DNA from: Rhina ancylostomus
Taxonomy: Eukaryota
Length of the DNA stretch: 64,000 nucleotides
Direction of reading: 5' to 3'
Assembly (NCBI GenBank): GCA_030265395.1
Contig: JARFYF010000002.1
Location: forward strand, 51,387,899-51,451,898
Part shown: in pieces, positions 1-12,889 of the stretch
Numbering within the stretch: the stretch's first letter is position 1
Layout: the number at the start of each line of letters is the position of its first letter
Translations under genes and position numbers: made by a program
Notes under the pieces: generated by a model
Databases searched by the model: none
Seen by the model: the letters and a program-made list of their open reading frames with translations, nothing else
What the model was told of the DNA's origin: nothing

Positions 1-769
1 TGTAACAAGTCACCATGTGTAAATGTTTCACTTTCCTTCCATTTGTAATATCTATATCCACTTCTTTGGGTGAGTTTAGGCCCATTTGAAAATCCTCTTA
101 TCTGAATCAATCAGTCTTCAAGTTAACCAGAGCAATGGACTCAATGAAGGCTGCCTACTTTGTGTCGGAGTTTGCTCTGTAGAGTATCAAAGGAATATAA
201 CTCTGCCAATCCTCTGCAAGACTATGTCAAAATTATCAATAAAAAATTACCAATGCTATGTTTACACTATGAACATAACTGTTGTACCTTGACATGCTCA
301 ATCTGTTGAAAATATATGAAATGAATACTAGAGATAAGGCTTTATGTATCACTCTGGTTATGAAATTCTGTTCTGTATACAGAAGGTCAAATGCAGTATA
401 AATCATCTGGTGAAGAATGATTATTGTAGTCTTTTTGGCTGTGGTAGGTCTGATGACATTCCAATACTGTTTTACTTAATTGTCAATACTTTGTGAAACC
501 CCAAGAATCAACTTCATAGATGTTTACTTTTTCTGTACTGGAGTCCTGCGTCACTTAGTGAGATACAAAATATACATTTAAGATGTTTGCTGTCTGTTGC
601 AGTGTAAAAGTGACCTCGGTGTAGTCTTGGAGTTTACACCTGTCATTTAACCCAAAACCACACATTAGAGTGGTCTGTTGACAATATGGAGGTAATTTTA
701 ACCTTACCTGCCTGAAAAAACAGGAAGACGATTAATGATGTGCTCACTGGTGTGAATANNNNNNNNNNN

Positions 770-992
770 TTAGTTACATTCAGAAGACAAATGGATAACT
801 AATTGAAAGGAAAATAGTTTAAAGGGCAAGTGGAAAGGGCAGGGCAGTGGAAATAACAGAGTCATAGGATTAAACAGCTTGGAAACAGGTGCTTTGGCCT
901 AACTCATCCATACCGAACATGTTGTTTACCTGAGCTAGCCCCATTTGCTTGTGTTTGACTCGTATCCCTCTAAACCTTTCCTATCCATGTAC
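770..992. mobile_element. Two tail-to-tail CR1 LINE 3'-end fragments (+ ~770-856; - ~857-992)
   Basis: The - piece reads on + as 'cagagtcataggattaaacagcttggaaacagg...tccctctaaacctttcctatccatgtac', the reverse of the elasmobranch CR1 3' tail. The + piece resembles the end of CR1 ORF2/3'UTR. Confidence 0.6.
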
Positions 993-1785
993 GTGATTTT
1001 CCTTAACTGATGTAACACTAGGAGAAATGCTAGGATCACTGTTATTCACCATTTCTGTAACTGATTTGGATTCTGGAACTGTAAGTTTTATAATGCACTC
1101 CAGGAAATGTATTATCTTTAGGGTTTATAAGATGTAAGCTCCAAAATATTGCCTGCAATGAGTCATATGTTTGGAAGAAAACAGATGTACTGCCTGGAAG
1201 TTGCTTTACATAACTGAAAAAATTGGTTATGAGCAGATGAAAATCAGCTTAATCTGGAGTGGAGTAATTTTGCATTCATTTCCAGGTCTCTTAATGCACA
1301 CTGGGAAATTTGATTCCTGACTTTTGGATTTTTATTTCCATAGCATTGGTAAGGGCTCACCAATAATAGTGAGACACCAAAAGCTTTTTCTCCAGCATGA
1401 TTTTTGATCTGAATGGTCTGCACAAAGGCAGGTTTTATGTCATCATAAAAATGCTTTTCCTAACCCTGTTTTTCCTGAAACCTTATTATTTAAAGGACTG
1501 AAACTCAAACTGTATTCTTTGTCTTCACTGAAATTTGGGACTTCCTGTGATCTCAGTTGTAGTCTCACACACAAGTCAAGACTGCTTTGCCCATTGATGT
1601 CAAGACTGTGGTCACTTGCAGCTTATTATTCTGAGGATAATTTCAGTCTGCTGCTCTGATATCTGCTGTATCTCATAGTTTACTGCTCACTGCTCCATGA
1701 CGGAGGTACCCACACTCCATACTCAAGGAGAGAAGAGGTTTAACTTTGCTTCAGGCCACAGGAGAAACATAATGAGAAAGATTTT

Positions 1786-2085
1786 TTAAAGAGATATCTT
1801 TATTAGTTGCATGTACATCAAAACACACAGTGAAAATGCATCTTTTGTGTAGAGTGTTCTGGGGCAGCCCACAAGTGTCGCCACGCTTCCAGTGCCAACA
1901 TAACATGCCCACAACTTCCTAACCCGTACGTCTTTGGAATGCGGGAGGAAACTGAAGCACCCAGAGGAAACCCACGCAGACACGGGAAGAACATACAAAC
2001 TCCTTACAGACAGCGGCCAGAATTGAACCCAGTTCGATGGCACTGTAATAGCGTTACGCTAACCGCTACACCACTGTGCCTGCCC
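1786..2085 (-). mobile_element. tRNA-derived V-SINE, near full length, family A (AATAAA + tctta-type tail)
   Basis: The reverse complement has a tRNA-like head with a B box (GGGTTCAATTC), the V-domain core 'TGCGTGGGTTTCCTCTGGGTGCTTCAGTTTCCTCCCGCATTCCAAAGAC' and an AATAAA tail. Very similar to the copy at 59513-59812. Confidence 0.9.
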
Positions 2086-3699
2086 AGGCTTGTCTTGTCA
2101 GGTTTGCCTGGTTATAGCTGTGGAGCGTCTCCATGGTCCCCTTGCACAAAAAACAAGCTGCCTGCTGGTACTGTTTTACAGCAGCCTATCCAGGTCTCTC
2201 TGACACCCAGGAAATTCTTTCTGCCCCTTCATAGTTTGTAGCATCCATTCTTTAAGAAGAAACTATCCTGTGTGGAAGAGGGAACTCTACCTCTGTTGTA
2301 GAATGTCCCTTCAAAAGGTGGCTGCTCAACTGAATGCAGGTTGCAAAAACTTGCTACAGATAATAATCATGTGTCCTATGAATTTTGGAATCAATAATTG
2401 CAATTTTTATTTCATTTGTACCAACAGCATTAGAACGATACACAACATTGTTTTTTATGCCATGCTATTTCTAGATCAAGGTGTCTTAACATTTTATGTT
2501 AGAGTTCACGATCACATGCTCACTTAAATGGATGCCTTAATAGACAATTTGGGCAAGTTATTGTTTTTCAACTTTTCACCAGGTTTTTCTTTTCATCCTT
2601 CAGATCCTTTCACCATAGACTTCTGTCAATAACAAAAAACAATTTAGCACTAGAAATTTCTATTTGTGTTGTAGTTTGGTTTTTCTGTTTTTTTCTGCTA
2701 TAAACCTCAAATTGTGACCTGTGGTGGAAAACATTGCTAATGGACAATTTGTCTTGAAGTGATTTTGTTGCAAGCTGCAACTACTCCATAAAAGAGTACT
2801 TTTTCACTGCTAAAATAAATGCAGGTTGTATTTATGCTATAGTGAATCAGCCCTGTTCTGTGTTAAGTGTAAATTAATGCCACTAAACTGTCTGTGGTCT
2901 CCAATCATATAGTTTTGAAGGTCTAATTTTGAAAATGTGGGCACATAATTGTTCTTTAAAAGAGAAGCTGACTTCATAGACAGGAAGCCAGAAGAGGCTG
3001 CATGTGAATCATTGCATCAGGATAATTTTCATGAAGTAGTGATATCACTTTTATGTACTAAAGAGGAAAACCAAAATTGTCATTTTATTTTGTGAAGATT
3101 GTGTCTTTTCAGTTTGCATCTAACATATATAACTTATTAATTTCATGATGAACAGTTCTGCATATTGGGGTCATAAGGGTTTTGCACTGCTGTTGCTTGA
3201 CCCTATTACTGATTGGACATCAGACAAATTAACTTTGCTGATTTTAGTGTCTTCTATCAACAAAAATTGCTGTTTTGTATATGCTTATCAATAATGAAAA
3301 TCAGTGCAGCAAAAATAATTATCATTTCATCTGTGTAGTATCAGAAAGAAAGATGGAAAATATTTGTTTAATTATATGCTGATACCTCCCGGAGAGTGTC
3401 AAACTTTAATCAAACAGACTTTACCAGTCCTGGTGTGGATGTGAGTTCAATTAGTTCCATGATTTATTATTGTACATTCAAACATAAAAGTCATGCTGCC
3501 AGTTTGCCAAGTCATCCAAATAACTTGGGCTGAGGCAGCTTAAATAAGTAATATAAGGTACTTCCTGAATTTTCCAATGAGAATGAGATGTCTGCACTTT
3601 CAATTAGGGATACAAGTTCCAATTATCAATATATCAAAGAAGGGCACAGGAGTTCTCAATGGTGCCATGTTCATTACCACTCTCTCAACCAACTGATGC

Positions 3700-3865
3700 A
3701 AAAAAGATATTGTATCATTGGAGCAATGTCGGAGGCCTGTGCCCACTTTGGACTCCTCCATTACTACAATGACACCCAATGAAAGCTCAAGTAACAGCAT
3801 CTTTCATCTAAGTATGTTATAGCCATTGGGATTTAATATTGAATTTAACAACTTCAGGTAACCTT
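3700..3865 (+). mobile_element. Penelope-like element, decayed C-terminal GIY-YIG region
   Basis: 'ggactcctccattactacaatgacacccaatgaaagctcaagtaacagcatctttcatcta...tttaatattgaatttaacaacttcag' matches the recurring PLE ORF end (GLLHC..E..RKLEEQHLIF.LG...GLNIEF). Confidence 0.65.
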
Positions 3866-4047
3866 TTTTCCCCTCTCTTCACAGACATGGCTATGCCTTT
3901 CTGTTTCAATGTTTCTTTTCTCTATTCAATTGCTGCTTTTTAAAGTAATTGTTACTTTGACACCTCTGGTATAGATATTTCAACTGTCCTCTCCATCTCT
4001 CCTGCTGTCTGCAATCTAAAAGGCCCTTGTCTTCTCACTTTTCCTGT

Positions 4048-4147
4048 TATGATGAAGGGCTCTTGACCTGAAGCATCAGTTCTATTTCTCTCTCCACTGA
4101 TGTTGCCTGACCTGCTTAACAGTTCCAGCATTCTCTGTGTTTGTTTC
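4048..4147 (+). mobile_element. Penelope terminal repeat (pLTR) fragment with degenerate hammerhead core
   Basis: 'tgatgaagggctcttgacctgaagcatcagtt...gatgttgcctgacctgcttaacagttccagcattctctgtgttt', downstream of the PLE ORF remnant. Confidence 0.65.
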
Positions 4148-4369
4148 AATGAACTAGTCGTCATTATGTTGCTTGTATGAGTTTTTTTTGTGATACTGGA
4201 TTGCAAATACTGTAACTGCTCTTCAGTACAACATTTAATGCAGCACAAAAAACTTCATTGACTGAAAAGAGATTGGGAAAACCTGACCAAGTGGCTATGG
4301 GAATATAAGTGGTTTCTTTTCATGACTGAGCCACAATAAGCTTTTAAGGGCTGCAGAGGTATGCTGTTT

Positions 4370-4950
4370 CAGCTGTGGGTTAGTTGGTTGTACATTTGTA
4401 TTTCGGTCAGAAGATCATAGGTTCAAGTTGAACTCCAGAGACTTGAATGCATAAAGCCAGACTTACTCTTCAGTACAGTACTGAGGGAAGACAAGAGGGA
4501 GACACAAAAGACTACAGATGCTGGAATCTGGAGCGACACACAAAAAGCTGGAGGAGCTCAGTGGGTCAAGCAGTACCTATGGAGGGAAAAAGATAGTTGA
4601 TGTTTCGCGTTAAGACCTCCATCTGGACTGACAATGAGGGAAGACAGTGCTGTTGGAGATGCTATCTTTTAGATGGGATGTTAAACCATTGACTTAATCT
4701 TCTCTCTGAGGTGGATGGAAGATATCCCAGAGTGTTATTTCAGAGAAGTTTAGGCTAATTGCAGCTAACATCACCAAAAATATCTCAGCTGAACCTTATT
4801 ACATTGTTTCTAGTGAGAACTTGCAATGCACAATTTGGCTGTTATGTTTCCTACATTACAATATTGTCTAAGCTTCAAAAAGCACTCAATTGCCTGTAAA
4901 GTGCTTTGAAATGTCCTGAGGTTGTGAACAGTGATGTAAATGAAGTTTAT
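4370..4950 (+). mobile_element. SacSINE/DeuSINE-like tRNA SINE, interrupted at 4494-4634
   Basis: tRNA-like head ('ggttcaagt...actccagagacttga'), Deu-like core 'cagtacagtactgagggaag...tgctgttggagatgctatcttttagatgggatgttaaacc', and an L2-like tail 'tgtaaagtgctttgaaatgtcctgaggttgtgaa'. Confidence 0.7.
4494..4634 (-). mobile_element. Penelope pLTR fragment inserted in the SINE, flanked by 12-bp TSD TGAGGGAAGACA
   Basis: 'cagatgctggaatctggagcgacacacaaaaagctggaggagctcagtgggtcaagcag'. The identical 12-mer occurs at 4482-4493 and 4635-4646. Confidence 0.75.
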
Positions 4951-5484
4951 CTCTTTTATGGTTATATAGAAACATTAGCACATTTTTTGGGGCAGGCTTA
5001 CCATCTGGAACAATCTGTTCAGTTCTGTCTGTTCCAAGAGGCTTCATGGTATATATAAAACCAAGTTAACAATGAGAATTAAATTTTTTTGTCAATCTTT
5101 AAACAGCTCAAGAAATGTTAACCATAATTAATTTTCTTGAGTAGCATCACGATTTGCAAAGCATTCACCTTATCCTGTATCTCTGTTTACAAAGATTAAA
5201 GAGCATGAAAACTACTTTAAAACATTGCTGCTCTGCAAATCTGCAATGACACTTGTGCTGGAAAGCAAATTGATTTTGAACCTGATCAGTGCCATAGTGT
5301 ATGAAATGAACATGTATTATTGAAGGCAAATTTACGATTGCTCAGATTAAACTAATTAAACTTCCATAAAGTGGTTTAAATTTTGCAAGCTGTTCTATGG
5401 TTACAATATATATTTATTGAAAAAAGCAGCATTTGTGTTCTGTCAACTTTGGCATCTCCTAAAATTGCTGGGCCTACATGAAGA

Positions 5485-5580
5485 ACAAATAAAACTGCAG
5501 ATGCTGGAAGCCAGTCAAGTGGCATCCGTGGAAAGAGAAACTAGTTAACTCTTTGGGTCAGCAACCCTTACTCAGAACTG
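5485..5580 (-). mobile_element. Penelope pLTR fragment
   Basis: 'aaaactgcagatgctggaag...ggcatccgtggaaagagaaactagttaactctttgggtcagcaacccttactcagaactg'. Confidence 0.6.
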
Positions 5581-7049
5581 GACCAGTGGGTTAAATAAAC
5601 TTGAATCCAATACTCATTTCCACAACAGAATAGGATGCAGCATCTCACACATTCTTGTTGAGCAGTAAATGGACCATTTGCATTATCATGGCCTGTCATT
5701 GTGTCCATTTTAGACTCCAACATTAGGCAAAATCAACATTTCAAACTGATACTTCAAGGAAGTGTTTTTAGAAACACTTAATTATAATTTAGTGCTTGGT
5801 TTGTTGGCATGTTGACAAAATATCTCCTTTTGCTAGTTGATATAATCGAACAACCATTTGTAACAAACCCTACATATGACAATCTGTAAATAAAGACTCT
5901 GGACCAAGTTGGATGCTATGTTTCAATATGTTGGTGATGTTGTATACAAGTGGTCAGGTAAACAATCCAAGTATTTTGAGAGAAAATAATACTTGGATTG
6001 TTTGCCTGACCACTTTTATACAATGCCTTCAACATAGCACAAAAGCTAGAGACAACCAAGGAGATGTTAGTTTAGTGAAATTGGCATTATTTATCCCTCA
6101 TTTCATCCTGAGCCTGAAGTCATCTCACCACAGTCAGTTACTGACTGGTATTATGCATTTACCAGAGGGAATTTGCAGAATGAAATGACTGAATAGGACA
6201 AGGGGAAAATCATCTAAGTGCACGATGAATGCAGTAAGGCCTGTGATGTGGAAAGCAAGATCAGAATTTGGAAAATATGGTTCACAAAATTAAATAAAGT
6301 ATGATATGTCGATATCTCATATGTTATAGTTGTCAACTATATGCTGAGAGTTTTATACATCAAGTATTGCCAATAACGGTGATGAAGCCCATAACTGTCA
6401 TGTTAATGAACGTAACATGATATCATTAAAGTGTTGTACTGCAGCATGAAACATATATGTGTTTTATTCTTCAGCCATTAGGTTTTCCCAATAAAAGCAA
6501 AACTTTATGATCCATACACATTAATCCACATACCATGCTGGATGCAGCTTTTACTCATTTCTTAGATCTTTAAATCTTCATAGGATGCTGATAACATTAT
6601 TATCACACTACATGTACCATTTGTACAAAAGACATTAAGTGTTGTTTGGCACCTCAATGCTGTCATTTTATATTACATGGCACATCCACCCAGTATGTCG
6701 ATGCATGACTGCAATCATGTTAACTTTTAAGGCCCTGTGAGGAACTAGGGATAGGAAATAGAAACTATTGTGTTGCCCAGATTGCTAGGAAAAAAGTAAA
6801 ATGAATCCAGGTTCCAGTAATTTCATTTCCCAAAATATTTTTAAAAATGAATTAGGATTCTGATTTTGGTAAAATTATATGCTATAAAACAGAATGCAGT
6901 GACTTTGAGATTTTATTTTTAAACAGGTTAGATTCTCTGTTAATATGAGATTAGTTTTGCAAATTGCACCTGACAGGTACAACATACAAGACAAAAAGAT
7001 GAATTTAAAACCTTGGTCTTTGGTGATTGGTTGGCTATCTCTGCCATTT

Positions 7050-7925
7050 TCTAGTGAGATAGGATACCTGGTTGAGTGGTGCCACAACAACAATCTCTCG
7101 CTCAACGTAAGCAAAACTAAAGAGCTAATTGTTGTCTCCAGGAAGGGGAAGGAGGGCAAACATGCGCCAATCTGCATTTGAGAATCAGCGGTGGAGAGAG
7201 CAGCTTTAAATTCCTCTGTGTTAACATATCAGATAACCTATCCTGGGCCCAGCACATAGATGCAATCATAAGGAATGTGTGCCAGCATCTTTACTTTCTT
7301 AGGAGGTTAAGGAGGTTCGACTTGTTACCGAACACTTTAACAAACTCCTACAGGTGTACTCTTGAAAGTATCCTGACTGGCTGCATCATGGTCTGGTACG
7401 GCAATTCAAATGCACAGGAAGGTTAGAGGCTGCAGAGAGAAGTGGACTTTGCCTAATGCATCACGGGCACATCCCTCGCCTCCATCGGTAATATTTACAG
7501 CAGGCTCTGCTTCAAGAAGGCAACATCTATCATCAAAGATCCCCACCATCCGGGCCGTGCCATCTTTTCACAGCTACCACTGGGCAGGAGGTACAGAAGC
7601 CTGAAATTCCACACCACCAGGTTCAAGAACAGCTAATTCTTCAACCATTCAGTTCTTGAACCAACCAGCAAAACCCTAGTTACTACAGTTTAGCAATATT
7701 ATGACCATTTTGATCACTTTGGACTAAAATGGACTTCGCACTTTTTTTTGTTTCAATTGTGTTCTTTCTTGTAAAAAATGTGTATAATTTATGCCTAATT
7801 TATGGTTTTCTTGTGAATGCTATTTATATGATGGTATGTGTCTGTGATGCTGCTGCAAGTGAGTTTTTTGTTGCGCCTGTGCATACACGTACTTGTGCTT
7901 TTGACGATAAACTTGACTTTGATTT
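7050..7925 (+). mobile_element. Rex1/Babar-type LINE, 5'-truncated: RT C-terminus plus 3'UTR
   Basis: Frameshifted peptides 'LVEWCHNNNLSLNVSKTKELIV', 'SFKFLCVNISDNLSWAQHIDAI' and 'LYFLRRLRRF...YRCTLESILTGCIMVWYGN'; ends in 'gataaacttgactttgattt'. Confidence 0.85.
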
Positions 7926-9059
7926 CTAGATGGCTCCAACTTTGTGGCTTCATGCTTGTGGGCAACCAATCCCAATATAGTAATATCCTCTGAATTTGAC
8001 ACAAGGCCATTTTGTGTCAAACACAGAAACACAGTTTTAAAAATAAAATTACTTTTAAAAGTAATATTAGAAGGTAATGAGTAACTTTTATAATGAGGTG
8101 GTGAGGAACAAGGTTGTATTGGAAAACATTTTTAGAGTGTTGAGTTTTAAGCTTTCAATGTCTTTTATCAATAGGCACCAACTATTTTCGGTAACATTAC
8201 AGCACTCTCCCTCTGAGTGCAATCTGTAGTGCCTTCTGCTAACAGGTGGCAACCTGATGGATGCAGACACTGGTGCTGAGCAATTGGAGGACCTGTGGAA
8301 ATCCAAACCTAATTTCATTCTATCTATGTATTTAATGTAGCACATGAGATGCAATGGTTCCGATCAACCATAAAGGGACCAGGGAAATCCACATTAATCA
8401 ATAATGAATTTAAAGGAAAGGTTGTGCTGCCTAAATTAATCACTTCTTGATATTTTGCAACAAAGATATAAGTAATATAGTAAATCTATCACAGTGCTTC
8501 CTTCAACAATTTAAAGACAGTTCTTTGAAGTGTTTACAAACGGATATTGCCAGCTGCTGTACCTAATGATTAACATGCACTGAAGTGTGCACACATGGAA
8601 AGAGGCAGATTGATTTTGCCAGAAGTATTTTCAAAACTGATTAATTTGGCCCCTTTTTATTGGCAATCTCAGAGTGCAGTTCTCTCTATAACTAATTAAG
8701 CTGACTAGCCCAGGCAGAGTTGCATGTGCATATAAGGCAGAGAGACTAATTTAATAAATTTAGTTGTCATTTTTCTGTGCAGTGGTAACCAATGTTCTGA
8801 GCAACTATGAATCAGTAGATGGCGCAGAACAGCAGAATGTTGTGTTTTGTAGTTATTTCACTTTGTAATGGGCACAATAACATACAGAGAGATTTTTATT
8901 GTCTCACTGGAAATGNNNNNNNNNNTTTAGGCCCTTTTGGACAGTTTCAGCCATGAGAGATGAGATGTGCTTGTATGATATTCCAAATTTATGTTAAATT
9001 TAAACTTGGTTGATGAACTGCAGAGACTGTCCATTGTCAGTAAAATCTATCTAAACTGC

Positions 9060-9710
9060 CTCCAATAAGAGGGAGTCTCACAACCCATCCCTGAAGTTCA
9101 ATGGCATCACCATCACTAAGGACCCTACTCTCAAATTCCAGGGGTCACTACTGACAAGCACGTGACAAACATGTAAATATCATGGCTGCAAGAACAGGAC
9201 ATCGGACGAGTCTCTAACAGCAAGTGACTTGTCTCTTTCCACCAACTACAAGACCTAAGTGAGGAGCGTAATGTTATAGTCTTCCCTTGCCTATTTTAAT
9301 GCATGTCTAACAGCAATGAAGAAGCGTCTCACCATTCAGGCAAAGCATCCCACTTGATTGGCACCCTTCACTCACTTTTATTCCCTCCACTTCATTGCTC
9401 CACGGTTGCAGTGTATATTATCCACAAAGTATAGCAATGCAGTGACTCTGTTAACACCGCCCAAACATGCAACAACTACCATCAAGAGGGACAAATCAGA
9501 AGGCTCATAGGAACACGACCTCCAGCAAGATCCCCTCTAAGTTGCACATCATCGTGACTCAGAAATATATTGCCATTCTTTCATTGCTAGTGGGTCTAAC
9601 TCCTGTAACTTCCTACCCAACAGGATTGTGAGACCACTTACACCCAGTAACCTCACCACTCTCTCAAAGGCATTTAGGGATGGGCAATAAATACTGGCAT
9701 TGCCCAAAAA
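9060..9710 (+). mobile_element. CR1-superfamily LINE 3' fragment with LF-SINE-like tail
   Basis: Decayed RT end followed by 'ggcatttagggatgggcaataaatactggcattgcc'. Related copy at 43830-44490. Confidence 0.65.
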
Positions 9711-11887
9711 CAGAATAATTTAAAAAATTCAACAAGATTTGAGTCACACAGAATCTATGACTTACTAAAATGCTTGAGTTCAATATTCCATGAAACTACA
9801 GCATATATGTTGGTGTGTTTACAGTGTACTATGGAACATTATTAGTTTGAAATGAAGTGCATCAGGGTTCTTTACCTAAATGTAAGGTCATGAAGAAATA
9901 ATCAGATAAACTTTTAAAGTCACACTGCATGTGAATCTCAAACACTGTCAGACCAGATCTGTTAAGTTAGTTCACACAGTGTTCTATCAATTGGATTCAC
10001 CTTTTCAGCCACAACTTTCCATTATTGTTGGTGCTGACTGGAAGGTTTTTTGTCCAGGATTGGGACCTATGGTTTACTGCCTATATTAATGAATCCTGTG
10101 AGAGAATCGTGGTGCCTTGCAGTCATTGCTGTCCATGAGAAATGGCTTGTGCTATCTGCAGCTACAATGCACCTTCCTGTTCTAAGAGACAGAGAGGCAA
10201 TTCTCCATCCAACTGGCCATTATTTGCCCTCCCCGTCCTACTAATCATATACTATACATAGACAGGCAGGCAGTAAGCAGTCTGGGTGGAAGTGGCTGCA
10301 CACTTGTCCAATGATAATAAATCTTAGCAGGAATACCCCGTATCCATATGTACTGCACATGCTCACTGTATAACCACTTCTGTACATCACTGCATTTCTG
10401 GACTTGTATATTGGTAGGAAATAGATTAGAAATACACATGTGGCCTTGGTTTTCAGGATGTATCCCCTATCATTAGGCATTGGCTACTTTATCGTCTTTT
10501 TCTTGTTGGGATGTCTATTTCTTCAGGGTATTTTGCCCTTCTTCAATTGTGGCTTTTCCTCTGTGATTGAACGCAACTTTATATTTTCAAGTAGTTTTTT
10601 TAGCCTCATGCTCCAGTTTCTTTTGCTTTGCCTGCCCATCCACCTCTGCTCACTAGTCCCCAAACCCCACTCTAAACCGCCCACAATTGCTGTGAACCTT
10701 TGAAATAATGTTCAGTGCTTGCCTTGGTTTCTGATACGTGCTGTATGACCTGTTCTAAATCTGGAATGCATACTTATACTCTCCTCCACATATCTAAACA
10801 CAAGTGAAACATTTCTGATAACGAGAATAAAAAAGGGGCAGTTTGAATAGATAGGATTTTTTTCTTTACTGACTACTTCAGAAACGTGAGTTTCCATACT
10901 ATATTGAGCAATGCAATCCACTTGGAAAATATTTTCTTTCAGTTAGCAACACACATGTATCTGAAAATATCCCATGAATGAATGGCAGCCACACTGCTTG
11001 TCAGCAGTAATACTTAGAGTAGAATGAGGCCTGATATTAATGTTCTGAGGTTGGTAGTGTTCATAGAGAAACGATAAAAACAATAAACAACAATGTTGCT
11101 TAAGCAGTAATCTACCCAGAAGTGTAAAATTGTATGAAGTTTTCTTTAATCCAGTTCAATTTAATGTTACAACTGATGTAAATAAGAGAAAGCAGGGAAT
11201 AGACAAGATTTAATTCTGCTACTATTCATGATGCTGTAGACTTGTTTCTACGTTAGTGTACAGAAGTTGAAGTTGACTTCTAAAAAATTTATGGCAAATT
11301 ATGCTGAATTAGTTGAAAATATAATCATCAGGTGAAATTCCAATTTTAAAGATTTCTGTCATCCAAAACATTGGAAAATAATTAAGCTGAAGTTGTACTT
11401 TTGAAATCAGTACAATGTAGTTTTAGTAAGTAATTAAATATTATACTAATCTGTAAGTCTGAGTGATTAGTATGTAGATTGTTGTGATGGGAGTTTCATA
11501 TGGAAGCTAATTACTTTACAGTTGTAAAGTCCCATAGAAATAAATAATCTTGAAATTACTGATACTGTTGCATCATTGATACTTATAAACCTTGGCATAC
11601 GAATACTTATATAGTCACAATGCACATTCTGGTCTAAAAATAGGGTGTTTGATGGTGTGCCTGAGATGATGTAATGCTGTAAGAACTGATGTTGGAATGA
11701 GTAATGCTTTTATGTTCAATATCTTCATAGAACAATTGACTTTGTCTATTTAGATATTTGCTTATCTTTATTTCAAGGATGTTCACTGTGAATATGCCAT
11801 CTTTAGAGTGGAGCTCTTTGAGGTACAGTTCAGGTCACTGAGTTAGAACAATGCTCCTGTAGGTGTAATCCTTTTCACTTTGGCTTT

Positions 11888-11960
11888 GTGTGTACATGCA
11901 TGTGCGATGCATGTATGTGTGTATACGTGCGTGTGTTTGTGTGTGTCTGTGCATGTGTGT
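11888..11960. repeat. Degenerate (TG)n/(TGCA) microsatellite
   Basis: 'tgtgtgtacatgcatgtgcgatgcatgtatgtgtgtatacgtgcgtgtgtttgtgtgtgtctgtgcatgtgtgt'. Confidence 0.8.
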
Positions 11961-12339
11961 TTTTGTCAAAAACCTTGAATTACATAGCCTAGAAAATGCA
12001 ACACACAAACAGGTCATTTAGCCTAAACAATTATATTTTTCTTTGGCCATCACGAGTGATGAACTTAATCCCAGTCTGTTTCCAATCAGGCTACAAACAT
12101 CAAATTGGTTAAATGGTTTATGCATGTACTTTTAACCTTGATGTTAAATAACAAATTTAAATTCACTGCAACCCTCTTGAAATTTATAATGTAGGAATGT
12201 AGGAACTATTTTTCAGGTTTTAAAATAGAAAGATAAATCAGTTAAGATCCCTGGATGTGCAATACATTGTTTCTAACAGTGAGTATTTAACCAGCTGAAA
12301 ACATTTTCATCTATGTTCCCTTAAACTTTGGAAAGTGTG

Positions 12340-12578
12340 ACTTTGCAGCACTGCCAGGCACTTCTTCTCTCCTCAGCCTCTAACCTCTGAAAGTTTGTCT
12401 GAAAACTTCTTCATCTTTTTGCTCTATCCTCTAAGATACTGCTTAAAACCCAGCTGTTTAACCAAGCTTTCGGCCACCTTACAGTTGTTTATGTGATTCA
12501 GTATCACACCTGGTTTGATGATGTGTCTGTGACATGGCCTGTGACTTTTTATGGTGCTTAAAGATTTAGTATATGTAC
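12340..12578 (+). mobile_element. L2-like LINE 3' end
   Basis: 'cctctaagatactgcttaaaacccagctgtttaaccaagctttcggccacc...ttttatggtgcttaaag'. Confidence 0.5.
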
Positions 12579-12584
12579 AAGAGT

Positions 12585-12887
12585 GATGCAGGAGACTGTG
12601 GATGCTGGAATCTGGAGCAACAAACAATCTGCTGGAGGAACTCAGCCTGTCAAGCAGCATCTGTAGGGGGAAAGGACTTATTCATGTTTTGGGTCAATTC
12701 AACTCGNNNNNNNNNNNNNNNNNNNNNNNNNNNNNNNNNNNNNNNNNNNNNNNNNNNNNNNNNNNNNNNNNNNNNNNNNNNNNNNNNNNNNNNNNNNNNN
12801 NNNNNNAATCTGCTGGAGGAACTCAGCCTGTCAAGCAGCATCTGTAGGGGGAAAGGAATTATTCATGTTTTGGGTCAATTCAACTCG
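12585..12887 (-). mobile_element. Penelope pLTR fragment, duplicated across a 100-N gap
   Basis: 'gagactgtggatgctggaatctggagcaacaaacaatctgctggaggaactcagc'. 12626-12706 is repeated at 12807-12887 with one mismatch. Confidence 0.7.
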
Positions 12888-12889
12888 TC

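Noticed and set aside
689-725. Apparent 4-nt micro-exon on the minus strand (ttttttcag|GCAG|gtaagg)
   Set aside because: It overlaps 'ggtaattttaacc', which looks like a MITE terminus, and nothing else supports it.
12626-12887. 81-bp direct repeat on both sides of a 100-N gap
   Set aside because: Near-identical copies (one mismatch) abutting a fixed-size gap are typical of unmerged contig or haplotype overlap, an assembly artefact.
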